A stretch of 64,000 nucleotides of DNA, taken from contig CAVFKA010000010.1 in assembly GCA_963623195.1 (NCBI GenBank), forward strand, positions 398 to 64,397, in the 5' to 3' direction. The stretch's first letter is position 1; every line of letters starts with the position of its first letter. The translations under genes and the position numbers were made by a program. The notes under the pieces were generated by a model. That model had not been told where the DNA came from, ran no database searches, and worked only from the letters and a program-made list of their open reading frames with translations. Shown here piece after piece: positions 28,846 to 37,802 of the stretch. Source of the DNA: a bacterium (GTDB taxonomy: Bacteria > Bacillota_I > Bacilli_A > RFN20 > CAG-826).

Positions 28846-29492
28846 TTTGCTACCTCCTCGTTATTTATATTTCCTTCTGGATAAATCATTTTTGGCCACG
28901 CTTTGATCAAAACGCAGGTAACGATTGTCGAAAGTAAGATATCTGGTCCCATGTAAGCCAAATTATAGATAAAGGAGTAGGCCCAGGCATTAATTGAACT
29001 ATCCTTGAAAGACCAAGCGAAAGATGAAGCGTCGCTTCCCCAGAATATTGCCCCAGAGAGGACGTGCGACATATATTTAGCAAGTCCGCCAATGATGCAG
29101 CCAATGATGACAAATATCATCATTTTCACTTTTGAGTCTGATTTTTTGATTGCATGCGTGAAAATACCAGCAAGGGAAACTAAAGGATAGGCAAGCCAAT
29201 AATCAAGAGCGACCTGGATGAAGGTCATATACCAGCTAGCCCCTGAAACGACATAGAAACCGTCTGCAATATCTAATAACCCCATAATTAACCCAGTGAG
29301 TAATCCAGGAAGGAATCCTCTGCGATATGAGATGATGAATACGCATACCATTGCAACGCCTAATGAACCTCCATTAGGGAAGAGAGGGCTTGAATAAATC
29401 CCCGCCAATAAATCAAGAACGTATCCCAAAGCAGAAAATATTGCAATTTCCGCTATCGTTTTAACGCTCCATGTCTTTTCCTTTTTATCCAT
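28842..29492 (-). CDS. thiT: ECF-transporter S component for thiamine (ThiT-like)
   Basis: Six-TM protein with ..SYRRG.. and ..AIFWG.. features, similar to L. lactis ThiT. It lies directly downstream of a TPP riboswitch. Confidence 0.75.
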   Translation of the reverse strand: MDKKEKTWSVKTIAEIAIFSALGYVLDLLAGIYSSPLFPNGGSLGVAMVCVFIISYRRGFLPGLLTGLIMGLLDIADGFYVVSGASWYMTFIQVALDYWLAYPLVSLAGIFTHAIKKSDSKVKMMIFVIIGCIIGGLAKYMSHVLSGAIFWGSDASSFAWSFKDSSINAWAYSFIYNLAYMGPDILLSTIVTCVLIKAWPKMIYPEGNINNEEVAK

Positions 29493-29509
29493 AAATTCCT
29501 CCTAGATAA

Positions 29510-29655
29510 AAGAAAAACCGCATCATCTAGAAAATGTGCGGAGAAGCTATTAAAAACATCTACCTACGCTAGCATTATCTAGATCAGGTTTCGGGTCGTC
29601 ACGAATCAGTGACCTCTCAGCAATCTTAGCGGATGCTCCCCGGGCTTTTAGCCGT
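29510..29655 (-). promoter_or_regulatory. TPP (THI-box) riboswitch with intrinsic terminator expression platform
   Basis: The minus strand reads ..CGGGGAGC..CTGAGA..ACCCGAAACCTGATCTAGATAATGCTAGCGTAGG.., then CCGCACAT..ATGATGCGG plus a T-run (29510-29541). A candidate promoter, TTGCAT-15-TGcTATAAT, lies at 29660-29686. Confidence 0.9.
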
Positions 29656-29686
29656 ATTAATTATAGCACTTTAAAAATAAATGCAA

Positions 29687-30310
29687 TCACTCTTTGTCGT
29701 CTTTGCTTAAAAAGAGCAAGAATTTTCCATCATTAACTTCAACGAAAGCCTCGTCGTTTTTTAATTCATTCGATATGGCTAGACCTTGCCCTCTATGAAT
29801 TGTTTCTTTTTCTAAATCGTATTTGAATCCTTTAAGAGTCAAAACGCCACTTTCCCCTATTGGGAAAAAGGATACAAATTTGTATTTGTTTCTTTCTAAG
29901 GAGACGTTGCCATCGATTAAAGATATTTTTGTGTTGTTATCTTCCATTGAGATTCTTTTATCTAACATCACCAATTCAAGGTTTGCATAAAAATGCTCAA
30001 TTCTTTCCCCGATTATCCCTCCAAGGATGAGAAACGTTACGTCTTTTTTGTCTTTCCACATCGAGTAAGCGTGTTTCGTATCTGTGTCATCCTTAATGGG
30101 GTTTAGCTCAATTATATGGGGTACGTGTGTTAATATTCGTGCCTTTTCTTCTTTTGAAGATGAGTCAAAATCACCGATTGCATAATCTAGAGAAATCCCA
30201 TTTTCTAAAGCGATGGACGCTCCTTTATCAATGCCGATTTTCAAAGAGTTTTCCTCGAAAGGATAATTTTTTAAATCGATGTTTTTGCCTACGATCAGAT
30301 ATATTTTCAT
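29687..30310 (-). CDS. thiN: Thiamine diphosphokinase
   Basis: IGDFDS motif, N-terminal catalytic domain and C-terminal thiamine-binding domain. 207 aa. Confidence 0.8.
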   Translation of the reverse strand: MKIYLIVGKNIDLKNYPFEENSLKIGIDKGASIALENGISLDYAIGDFDSSSKEEKARILTHVPHIIELNPIKDDTDTKHAYSMWKDKKDVTFLILGGIIGERIEHFYANLELVMLDKRISMEDNNTKISLIDGNVSLERNKYKFVSFFPIGESGVLTLKGFKYDLEKETIHRGQGLAISNELKNDEAFVEVNDGKFLLFLSKDDKE

Positions 30311-31569
30311 TTTAATGTAACCGTTATTCCTTTGAGACTGAAATCAGGCTTAAGCTCAACAACAAAATGATATGTTGAATTTTCATCTAAGGTAAAGGTG
30401 GAATCTTCATTTGCTTTCAATCCGATATTATCGTTCATGGTAAAGGTTGATGGAGAATAAACGTTCTTACTAGAGACGTCGCTTAAACGGTATTTATATT
30501 CTGAACTCCTTGGTTGGAAGGTTAACTCAAAGGCGAAATTGTCGTTTCCGAATGTTTGTTGATAATCACGGGTGATATTTGTGAAAGTCGTCTTATCACT
30601 TATGGAATCCTCGTAATACATTTCGAGGACAGGCGTGTAGCTATTTAGGTTCCAATACTCACTCGCTTCAAAAGGAACGCCAGCAAAAATTGTCTTGCCA
30701 TAGAAATAAGAAGATGACTCTTGATATGTTGATACATTGCCATTTTCAAGAGAATTTAAGTAATAGTCAGTTAGGTAATCAACCGTATTCGTCGTGCTTA
30801 AGCTCTTGATACGATAATCATCACCGATTGTTTCTAAGTTGAGTTTTGAAATATTGCTCGTTACGGCTGTGACGGATTTAGTGGAGTCGTTACGATATAG
30901 AGGGTTCGTGACCGTTGTCTTATAGATTGAAGAATATAATGCGTTAATGCTTGTTTCACTGTTTTTGAAATAGTTATAAGAGACTGATGAAACTTTATCA
31001 AAAGAAGTGATTAGATAATTATTCCATTTGTACTCTAGATCATCTTCGGAAGCAAAATTAGGCGTAATAAGTGAATAAGTGACTCCAAATTCTTTAGCGC
31101 CTGAGGCCTTGTAAAAACTTTTCTTATAAAGTCCATATTTGCTACTTAATTTGCCAGAGGAAATTTGTTCTTGGGGATTTTCTAAGGCGGCAATCATATT
31201 TTTCAATTCATATGATTCGACGATTCTTATTCCGTTTTCTAAAGTTGAAGAGGTTACCGTTTCATTTTCAACGATGATGTTATTTGAATAAATGGCGGTC
31301 ACCTTGCTTGAAGAACTCTCGATTTTGCTAATTGATTTAGAAGAACTGTTTCCATAAAGTTTTTCATCATCTGAGGAATTTACAAGAGATGTTTGGATGC
31401 TCGAAACATTTAAGATGTTTTCGATAACACTTTTTTGAACTAATGTTTTCTCGTAGTTATTTATTGGATTTTTATATTCGTTGATGTCTTCTTGAACGTT
31501 ATTAGAACTCCCACAAGATGAGAGGAGAATGCCAAGAAGGGCTATTTTTATAAATCGATTCTTTTTCAT
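30307..31569 (-). CDS. Lipoprotein, S/T/N-rich, unknown function
   Basis: MKKNRFIKIALLGILLSSC contains a lipobox (LSSC). The ATG at 31569 is preferred to the upstream TTG. Confidence 0.7.
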   Translation of the reverse strand: MKKNRFIKIALLGILLSSCGSSNNVQEDINEYKNPINNYEKTLVQKSVIENILNVSSIQTSLVNSSDDEKLYGNSSSKSISKIESSSSKVTAIYSNNIIVENETVTSSTLENGIRIVESYELKNMIAALENPQEQISSGKLSSKYGLYKKSFYKASGAKEFGVTYSLITPNFASEDDLEYKWNNYLITSFDKVSSVSYNYFKNSETSINALYSSIYKTTVTNPLYRNDSTKSVTAVTSNISKLNLETIGDDYRIKSLSTTNTVDYLTDYYLNSLENGNVSTYQESSSYFYGKTIFAGVPFEASEYWNLNSYTPVLEMYYEDSISDKTTFTNITRDYQQTFGNDNFAFELTFQPRSSEYKYRLSDVSSKNVYSPSTFTMNDNIGLKANEDSTFTLDENSTYHFVVELKPDFSLKGITVTLK

Positions 31570-31675
31570 AGATAAATTAAAACACAAAACTTTGTTTTTA
31601 TGTTATACAAGCATAGTCATCTATCTCTATAATTTCTAGCAAAATATATTTAATTTTGAGATAATCTAAATCGTT

Positions 31676-33208
31676 ATGGCTTTACTAGAACTCGATAATA
31701 TTGAATTCAACTATTCTGATAAGGAATTATATAGACAGGTTTGTTTGAAAATGAATCCTGGGGAACATTGCGTTCTTGTTGGAGTTAATGGATGTGGAAA
31801 AACCACTCTTTTAAGCATGATCGTTGGAGAACTTATACCAGATAAAGGAAGAATCATTTGGGAAAATGGAACGACTTACTCTTATTTGGACCAACAACTC
31901 AAAGTTGCTCAGGATATGCCCGTTCACCAATACCTTTATGGCGTTTATGAAGATCTTTTCCAAAAAGAAAAACAGATGGAAAAACTTTATGAACAAAGTG
32001 CTCTTGATCCTGATAATTTCGAAAAATACCTAGCAAAAGCCGAACGAATTCAAGGAGAACTTGATAGCAAAGGCTTTTATGCCCTCCAAGAAAAAGTCGG
32101 TCGCTTAACTGATGGACTTGGATTTGATAAAGAACATTTAGATGCCCCTTTAGCAAAACTTTCTTCTGGTCAAAGGGAGAAAGCTTACCTTGCTAAGATG
32201 TTATTAGAAGAAAAAGACGTTCTTATCATGGATGAGCCAACCAACTTCTTAGATCAAGGACAGGTTGCTTGGCTAGCAAAATACTTAACAAATTATCCAA
32301 AGGCTTTCCTCGTTGTATCTCACGATCAAGAGTTCCTTAAGCAGATTGCAACAGTTGTTTTTGTTTTAGAGAACCAAACAGTTACTAGATATAAGGGAAG
32401 TTTTGAACATTACCTAACCCAACACGAAATAGACAAAGAACAATACAAAAAGGATTACGAAGCTCAACAACGTTATATTAAGAAGGAAGAAACATTTATT
32501 GCTAAACATATCGTACGTGCGACTTCCGCTAAGGCGGCTAAGTCTCATAGAGCAAGACTCGCCCATCTAGATGTTATGGAAGCACCAGGAAAAGAAGAGG
32601 GGCGTGTGTTCATTTCCTTCCCTTACACCCACCCAGTTGGCAAGATTCCTTTGCATGTTGAAGAATTGCTTATTGGTTACGATAAGCCTTTGCTCGATCC
32701 GATTTCCTTTGATTTGCTTGAAGGAGAAAAGATTGCCATCCTTGGCCAAAATGGCGTTGGCAAATCCACATTCTTAAAAACCATTTTGAGGGACATACCT
32801 TCTCTTGGAGGAGAATTCTCTTTCCTTCCTGGAATAGTCGTTAATTATTTCAACCAAGATGAGAAAATCGATATGAACATGACTCCGTTTGAGTATCTTC
32901 ATTCGCATTATCCAGATTTCAATAACACAGAAATTCGTAAAGCGTTAGGAAATTGTGGGGTGAGGAAAGAATTGGCTTTACGCCCAATGAAAGAACTTTC
33001 TGGTGGAGAAGTTGCTAAAACAAGATTCGCTTTGATGACTTTCAAAAAGAGCAATTTCCTTGTCTTAGACGAGCCTACTAACCATCTTGATCAGAAAGCA
33101 AAGGACGCGATATTCGACTGCATCGAAAGATATCCCGGATCCGTTATCATCGTTTCACACGAAAAAGATTTCTATGATGGACTTGTAGATTATGAACTAC
33201 ATTTCTAA
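31676..33208 (+). CDS. ABC-F family ATPase (two ABC domains, no TMD)
   Basis: GVNGCGKTT / LSSGQREK / LIMDEPTN and GQNGVGKST / LSGGEVAK / LVLDEPTNHLD. 510 aa. Confidence 0.9.
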   Translation: MALLELDNIEFNYSDKELYRQVCLKMNPGEHCVLVGVNGCGKTTLLSMIVGELIPDKGRIIWENGTTYSYLDQQLKVAQDMPVHQYLYGVYEDLFQKEKQMEKLYEQSALDPDNFEKYLAKAERIQGELDSKGFYALQEKVGRLTDGLGFDKEHLDAPLAKLSSGQREKAYLAKMLLEEKDVLIMDEPTNFLDQGQVAWLAKYLTNYPKAFLVVSHDQEFLKQIATVVFVLENQTVTRYKGSFEHYLTQHEIDKEQYKKDYEAQQRYIKKEETFIAKHIVRATSAKAAKSHRARLAHLDVMEAPGKEEGRVFISFPYTHPVGKIPLHVEELLIGYDKPLLDPISFDLLEGEKIAILGQNGVGKSTFLKTILRDIPSLGGEFSFLPGIVVNYFNQDEKIDMNMTPFEYLHSHYPDFNNTEIRKALGNCGVRKELALRPMKELSGGEVAKTRFALMTFKKSNFLVLDEPTNHLDQKAKDAIFDCIERYPGSVIIVSHEKDFYDGLVDYELHF

Positions 33209-33723
33209 GGCAATCTTTTGATTTCCTTAAATCTCAAAGCAAAGAAAACGAACCTATATAACGGGGTTTTTCTCCAATAGTCATATCCAGTGACATCCGA
33301 ATTAAAGACGGCGGCCAATTTACGATAATTCGTGTCCAAATCCGTTAAAATATCGAAAAATGTCCTGTAATTCTCACTTGTTTTGTATTCATTTGAATTA
33401 GCGAACATGACTAGTTGTTTTTGTAACGTTGTCAAAATGAATAAGGAACTTTCAATATCGTTTGCTTTCAGTTTATTCAAATTCAATGAATCAACCTTTT
33501 CAAAATTTTCGTTGATTGACTTTTCGTGAATGTCTTTTTTCATCAGATTATACAAAGAGGTAAGGACGTCTTTCTTTTCGGAAAGCAATATTGAAATAGC
33601 CAATGTCTTTTTCCTGATTTTCTCCTTGAAAGTCAAGATACATTCTAGTGCATAGAAAAAGCCAAAAACGTAGAGAACGAGGATTATTGATACTACATAT
33701 AGAAGAATTTGCCACCATTCCAT
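33205..33723 (-). CDS. Membrane-anchored hypothetical protein (one N-terminal TM segment)
   Basis: N-terminal hydrophobic helix followed by a helical soluble part. No family recognised. Confidence 0.5.
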   Translation of the reverse strand: MEWWQILLYVVSIILVLYVFGFFYALECILTFKEKIRKKTLAISILLSEKKDVLTSLYNLMKKDIHEKSINENFEKVDSLNLNKLKANDIESSLFILTTLQKQLVMFANSNEYKTSENYRTFFDILTDLDTNYRKLAAVFNSDVTGYDYWRKTPLYRFVFFALRFKEIKRLP

Positions 33724-33862
33724 GACTTTAGTTTAGTTTTCTTGAAAGAAAAAGGCAAATCATCTTTTAGCGAGACATTTTTAGCACGAAAACGGACATA
33801 AGTAGAAATTGACACGTTTATATATTGAATGTAAACTATTATCACTCTTAAGAGTGAAGATT

Positions 33863-34696
33863 ATGAAAAAACCTATTGTAGCAATCCTATACGACTTTGA
33901 TTCAACGCTTGCAAAAAGCGACATGCAAAATTTCGGGTTCATTCCCTCCCTTGGGTTAACTCCAGAACAGTTTTGGTCTAAAACCGGTGAATTCTGTGAG
34001 AAAACAGGAATGGAAAGAACTCTTGGCTATCTTTTTGTCATGCTTCAAGCATGCAAAGAAAGAGGCATCGATATGACCAAAGAATGGCTCAAAGAACAAG
34101 GAAAGAACATTGAGTTCTGGCCTGGTGTCATTGACTGGTTTCAAAGAATTAACGACTATGGTCATGAGAATGGATTGAAGGTCGAGCATTACTTAGTTTC
34201 ATCCGGAAATAAGGAAATCGTTGAGGGATGTGCCATCGCAAAAGAGTTCAAGGTCATATATGGTTGCGAATTCTTCTATGATGAAAAAGGAGAACCAGTT
34301 TGGCCAAAATTGGCGATTAACTTCACGCAAAAGACACAATATTTCTACCGCATATCAAAAGGTGCAGTTGATGCGACCGATGATAAGGGCGTTAACGAAA
34401 AGCAACCAGACCGTCGTGTCCCATACACGAATATGATTTATATTGGCGATGGAATGACGGATATTCCGGCTATGATAGTCGCAAAAAACTCCGGTGGAAA
34501 ATCAATCGCGGTTTATCCAAAGGGCAAAGAAGACAAGGTTGCCGATCTTTTCCAAGATGGCCGTGTCAACTATGTTTGCCCAGCTGATTATCGCCAAGGA
34601 AAAGAGCTTGATAAAGTCATGCATTTAATAATCCAAGGCATCGGAATCAACGAAAGCCTTGCAAAAAGAGAGAACCCTAACGCGGCACAGGATTAA
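33863..34696 (+). CDS. HAD-superfamily hydrolase
   Basis: AILYDFDSTL (motif I) and YIGDGMTDIPAM (motif IV). The ATG at 33863 is preferred. Confidence 0.7.
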   Translation: MKKPIVAILYDFDSTLAKSDMQNFGFIPSLGLTPEQFWSKTGEFCEKTGMERTLGYLFVMLQACKERGIDMTKEWLKEQGKNIEFWPGVIDWFQRINDYGHENGLKVEHYLVSSGNKEIVEGCAIAKEFKVIYGCEFFYDEKGEPVWPKLAINFTQKTQYFYRISKGAVDATDDKGVNEKQPDRRVPYTNMIYIGDGMTDIPAMIVAKNSGGKSIAVYPKGKEDKVADLFQDGRVNYVCPADYRQGKELDKVMHLIIQGIGINESLAKRENPNAAQD

Positions 34697-34699
34697 CAT

Positions 34700-35392
34700 A
34701 TGGAAGAAAAGAAAAACATTGCCATCATTCTTATGGCTGGGAGAGGTGAGAGATTCTCATCTGAGACCCCAAAACAATTTATTAAAGTCAACAATCAAGA
34801 ATTGTTCATGTATTGCACGAAAGTCTTTGCGTCGCATCCTATGGTTGATGAGTTCATATTCGTCGTTCCAGAGGGATATGAATCCCATACGCTTTCGCTT
34901 GTTTTGAAGGAAATACACAAAAAGTGCGTTGTCATTCCTGGTGGCGAAAGTAGGGAAGAGTCAGCATTTGAGGCGATCAAATACTTATCAGAGAACGAAG
35001 TCAATCCTGATTCGATCGTTTTGATTCATGATGCGGATAGGCCTTTGGTTAGTTATTTTTCAATCGATGAGTGCATAAAGGTTGCCACCGAACATGAAAT
35101 TGCCATTCTTGCTACCCCATCAACAGATTCGGTTGCAATTTCAAAAGATGGAGAAAAAATAGGCGAATACGCTCCAAGAAAAACCCTATATTTGGTTCAA
35201 ACTCCTCAAGCATTCAAATTCTCTTTGATTTATGAGGCATTCGTTAATGCAAAAGAACCTCTATCTTCATATACCGATGAAGGCTCCTTGGTTCTTGATA
35301 CGCTTGGAAGGGAACCACACTTGGTCGTTGGCGATAACATCAATATCAAAGTCACTTTCGAGCATGATATTGATATTTTAAATGAGGACTAA
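34700..35392 (+). CDS. ispD: IspD/TarI-family cytidylyltransferase (2-C-methyl-D-erythritol 4-phosphate cytidylyltransferase likely)
   Basis: AIILMAGRGERF....PKQF.., ..HDADRPLV.., ..VQTPQAF. Confidence 0.75.
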   Translation: MEEKKNIAIILMAGRGERFSSETPKQFIKVNNQELFMYCTKVFASHPMVDEFIFVVPEGYESHTLSLVLKEIHKKCVVIPGGESREESAFEAIKYLSENEVNPDSIVLIHDADRPLVSYFSIDECIKVATEHEIAILATPSTDSVAISKDGEKIGEYAPRKTLYLVQTPQAFKFSLIYEAFVNAKEPLSSYTDEGSLVLDTLGREPHLVVGDNINIKVTFEHDIDILNED

Positions 35393-35393
35393 T

Positions 35394-35750
35394 ATGGAAG
35401 TGAAAGTAGGAGATATTCTTGAGGGGACGGTAGTCAAGGTTTATCCTCGCTATGCCATTCTTCTTTTTGATGATGGCTTGACAGGCCTATTACACATCTC
35501 TGAAGTATCAAATCATTACATTCATTCGTTTACTGATTATGTGAAGACGGGAAACATCTATAAGGTAAAGGTTGTTTCTTATGATCCTGAGGGCCCTTCG
35601 ATGAGAGTTTCATTGAAAGCGCTTACTCAAAATGAGAGACGCGAATCTATTGCACGTGTACGCGTAAAAGAAGAAAATATTTCTTGTGAAGCCTTGAAAG
35701 AATCTTTGCCAAAATGGATTCAAGAAAAGAGCAAGGAGGGTGATTTATGA
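35394..35750 (+). CDS. S1 RNA-binding domain protein (YabR/GSP13-like)
   Basis: VGDILEGTVVKVYPRYAILLFDDGLTGLLHISEVS... Confidence 0.8.
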   Translation: MEVKVGDILEGTVVKVYPRYAILLFDDGLTGLLHISEVSNHYIHSFTDYVKTGNIYKVKVVSYDPEGPSMRVSLKALTQNERRESIARVRVKEENISCEALKESLPKWIQEKSKEGDL

Positions 35751-37033
35751 TTATCGAAACCAAATTAGATCATTTAGTTGATAAAGTTGATTTTTCTGAA
35801 TATCAAACTCGTGTGAATGAAATCAACGAAATGATCAATAATCGTAGTGGTGAAGGAAGTGATTTCCTTGGATGGCTAGATTGGCCAATCAACTACAATA
35901 AAGAAGAATTGGAAAGAATCAAGAAAGATGCCGAATACATTCGTGAGAATTATGATATTCTTGTCGTTTGCGGTATCGGTGGTTCATATTTAGGTGCAAG
36001 AGCAGCCATTGAGGCAATCAAAGGAACCTTCCGCTCTAATAAACCTGAAATAATATATTTAGGACAAAGCTTAGACCCAACATACATTCAAGAAAGCATT
36101 GAATATCTAAGCGATAAGAAATTTGCCGTTAACGTTATCTCCAAATCCGGAACGACAATCGAAACGAGCGTCTCATTCCGCTTGCTTAAGAATCTTCTTG
36201 AACAAAGAGACGGAGTTGAAGCGGCTCGTAAGGCAATATTTGCAACCACAGATAAAGCGAAAGGCGCTCTTTATACCCTCTCAAAGAAAGAAGGATACGA
36301 GATGTTCGTCATCCCTGATGACATCGGTGGAAGATATTCCGTTACGACAGCTGTTGGTTTGCTTCCTATCGCTGTCGCTGGCATCTCCCCAGATGACATC
36401 CTTGCTGGATCAGCCCAAGCTCGTTTAGACACAATGGATCCTTCCTTGGAAAAGAATGAAGCATATAAGTATGCCGTTGTTAGACATGCGATGTACGCTA
36501 AATATAACAAAACCGCTGAATTCTTCATCACATACGTCCCTTCATTTGTCCAATTAGGCGAATGGTGGAAACAATTATTTGGCGAATCAGAAGGAAAGAG
36601 CCAAAAAGGCTTATTGCCTGATTCCGCAACCTTCACGACGGATTTGCATTCCCTAGGACAATTCATTCAAGAAGGAACTCATTCATTCTTTGAAACAACT
36701 CTCCATTTGACTCATCACCGTCATTGGATCAAAGTTCCTCATGATGAAGAAAATCTCGATAATCTTAACTTCATTGAAGGAATGGGCTTAGGCTCAGTCC
36801 AAGATAAGGCGTTTGAAGGTACCATAGAAGCCCACACAAAAGTTGGTGGCAACAACAACGTCGTTCTCGAATTAGACAGAATGAATGCCTATAACCTCGG
36901 ATATTTGTTCTATTGGTTTGAGAAAGCCTGCGCTATGTCGGCATACCTTCTTGGCATCAATCCATTCAATCAACCAGGCGTCGAAGTTTATAAGCGCAAT
37001 ATGTTCCATCTCTTAGGGAAACCTGGTTATTAA
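35747..37033 (+). CDS. pgi: Glucose-6-phosphate isomerase
   Basis: Firmicute-type short PGI: GIGGSYLGARA, SKSGTTIET, DDIGGRYSV, GESEGK. ATGA overlap with the S1 gene. Confidence 0.93.
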   Translation: MIIETKLDHLVDKVDFSEYQTRVNEINEMINNRSGEGSDFLGWLDWPINYNKEELERIKKDAEYIRENYDILVVCGIGGSYLGARAAIEAIKGTFRSNKPEIIYLGQSLDPTYIQESIEYLSDKKFAVNVISKSGTTIETSVSFRLLKNLLEQRDGVEAARKAIFATTDKAKGALYTLSKKEGYEMFVIPDDIGGRYSVTTAVGLLPIAVAGISPDDILAGSAQARLDTMDPSLEKNEAYKYAVVRHAMYAKYNKTAEFFITYVPSFVQLGEWWKQLFGESEGKSQKGLLPDSATFTTDLHSLGQFIQEGTHSFFETTLHLTHHRHWIKVPHDEENLDNLNFIEGMGLGSVQDKAFEGTIEAHTKVGGNNNVVLELDRMNAYNLGYLFYWFEKACAMSAYLLGINPFNQPGVEVYKRNMFHLLGKPGY

Positions 37034-37106
37034 TTCTAATAAAGTCCCGATATTTAGGAACAAAAAAAGAGATTAGAAAAAATCTCAAAAAAATTGTGAT
37101 ATTTGA

Positions 37107-37135
37107 TTGACTTAAAAAAAGTCGTTAAGTATAAT
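37107..37135 (+). promoter_or_regulatory. Sigma-A type promoter of the tRNA cluster
   Basis: TTGACT-17 nt-TATAAT, ~30 nt upstream of the first tRNA. Confidence 0.7.
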
Positions 37136-37165
37136 AGTCAAGCACGTTTTAAGCGAGCACCTTGT

Positions 37166-37240
37166 GGATGCTTAGCTCAGCGGGAGAGCATCGCCCTTAC
37201 AAGGCGGGGGTCGTAGGTTCGAACCCTATAGCATCCACCA
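37166..37240 (+). tRNA. tRNA-Val (anticodon TAC), CCA encoded
   Basis: Cloverleaf folded by hand. Acceptor GGATGCT/AGCATCC, anticodon loop CTTACAA, T-loop TTCGAAC. Confidence 0.9.
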
Positions 37241-37273
37241 TCTTCTAAAAAACACGTGCAAGACTAACACTTT

Positions 37274-37357
37274 GGGCGAATAGCGAAGTGGCCAAACGCG
37301 GCTGACTGTAAATCAGCTCCTTCGGGTTCGGTGGTTCAAATCCATCTTCGCCCACCA
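37274..37357 (+). tRNA. tRNA-Tyr (anticodon GTA), long variable arm, CCA encoded
   Basis: Acceptor GGGCGAA/TTCGCCC, anticodon loop CTGTAAA, T-loop TTCAAAT. Confidence 0.9.
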
Positions 37358-37370
37358 TCTCTTTGGTTCT

Positions 37371-37445
37371 TGGGGTGTAGCCAAGCGGTAAGGCAACAGA
37401 CTTTGACTCTGTCATACACTGGTCCGATCCCAGTCACCCCAGCCA
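37371..37445 (+). tRNA. tRNA-Gln (anticodon TTG), CCA encoded
   Basis: Acceptor TGGGGTG/CACCCCA, anticodon loop CTTTGAC. Confidence 0.88.
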
Positions 37446-37453
37446 TCATTTAT

Positions 37454-37528
37454 CCTCCGTTAGCTCAGTGGTAGAGCACTTGACTTTTAATCAAGGGGTC
37501 GAGAGTTCAAGTCTCTCACGGGGGACCA
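37454..37528 (+). tRNA. tRNA-Lys (anticodon TTT), CCA encoded
   Basis: Acceptor CCTCCGT/ACGGGGG, anticodon loop CTTTTAA, T-loop TTCAAGT. Confidence 0.88.
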
Positions 37529-37536
37529 AGCAAAGT

Positions 37537-37623
37537 GCCCGAGTGGCGAAATGGTAGACGCAAAGGACTTAAAATCCTTCGGGCGAATAACCCATGCCGG
37601 TTCGACTCCGGCCTCGGGCACCA
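37537..37623 (+). tRNA. tRNA-Leu (anticodon TAA), long variable arm, CCA encoded
   Basis: Acceptor GCCCGAG/CTCGGGC, anticodon loop CTTAAAA, T-loop TTCGACT. Confidence 0.9.
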
Positions 37624-37635
37624 CAACCTTCTTAT

Positions 37636-37660
37636 CATCCTATCTAGAGGATGTTTTTTT
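37636..37660 (+). terminator. Terminator of the tRNA cluster
   Basis: CATCCT-ATCTAG-AGGATG followed by T7. Confidence 0.8.
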
Positions 37661-37753
37661 GTATTTAAATTGAAAACGCAAGGACTTGAAACTAATTTCT
37701 GGGAGCGAAAGAGGAGTTCCGACCTTCTTACGAACAAACACTAAGAAATAAAT

Positions 37754-37788
37754 AAAACTCCAGGCTTTATGGATTCCTGGAGTTTTTT
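37754..37788. terminator. Bidirectional hairpin downstream of the Fic gene
   Basis: AAAA-CTCCAGG-N11-CCTGGAG-TTTTTT. Confidence 0.7.
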
Positions 37789-37802
37789 ACGGCGACATTT
37801 TA

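Noticed and set aside
37516-37744. ORFs 37516-37737 (-) and 37535-37744 (+).
   Set aside because: They overlap tRNA-Lys/tRNA-Leu and the cluster terminator, so they are artefacts of tRNA sequence.
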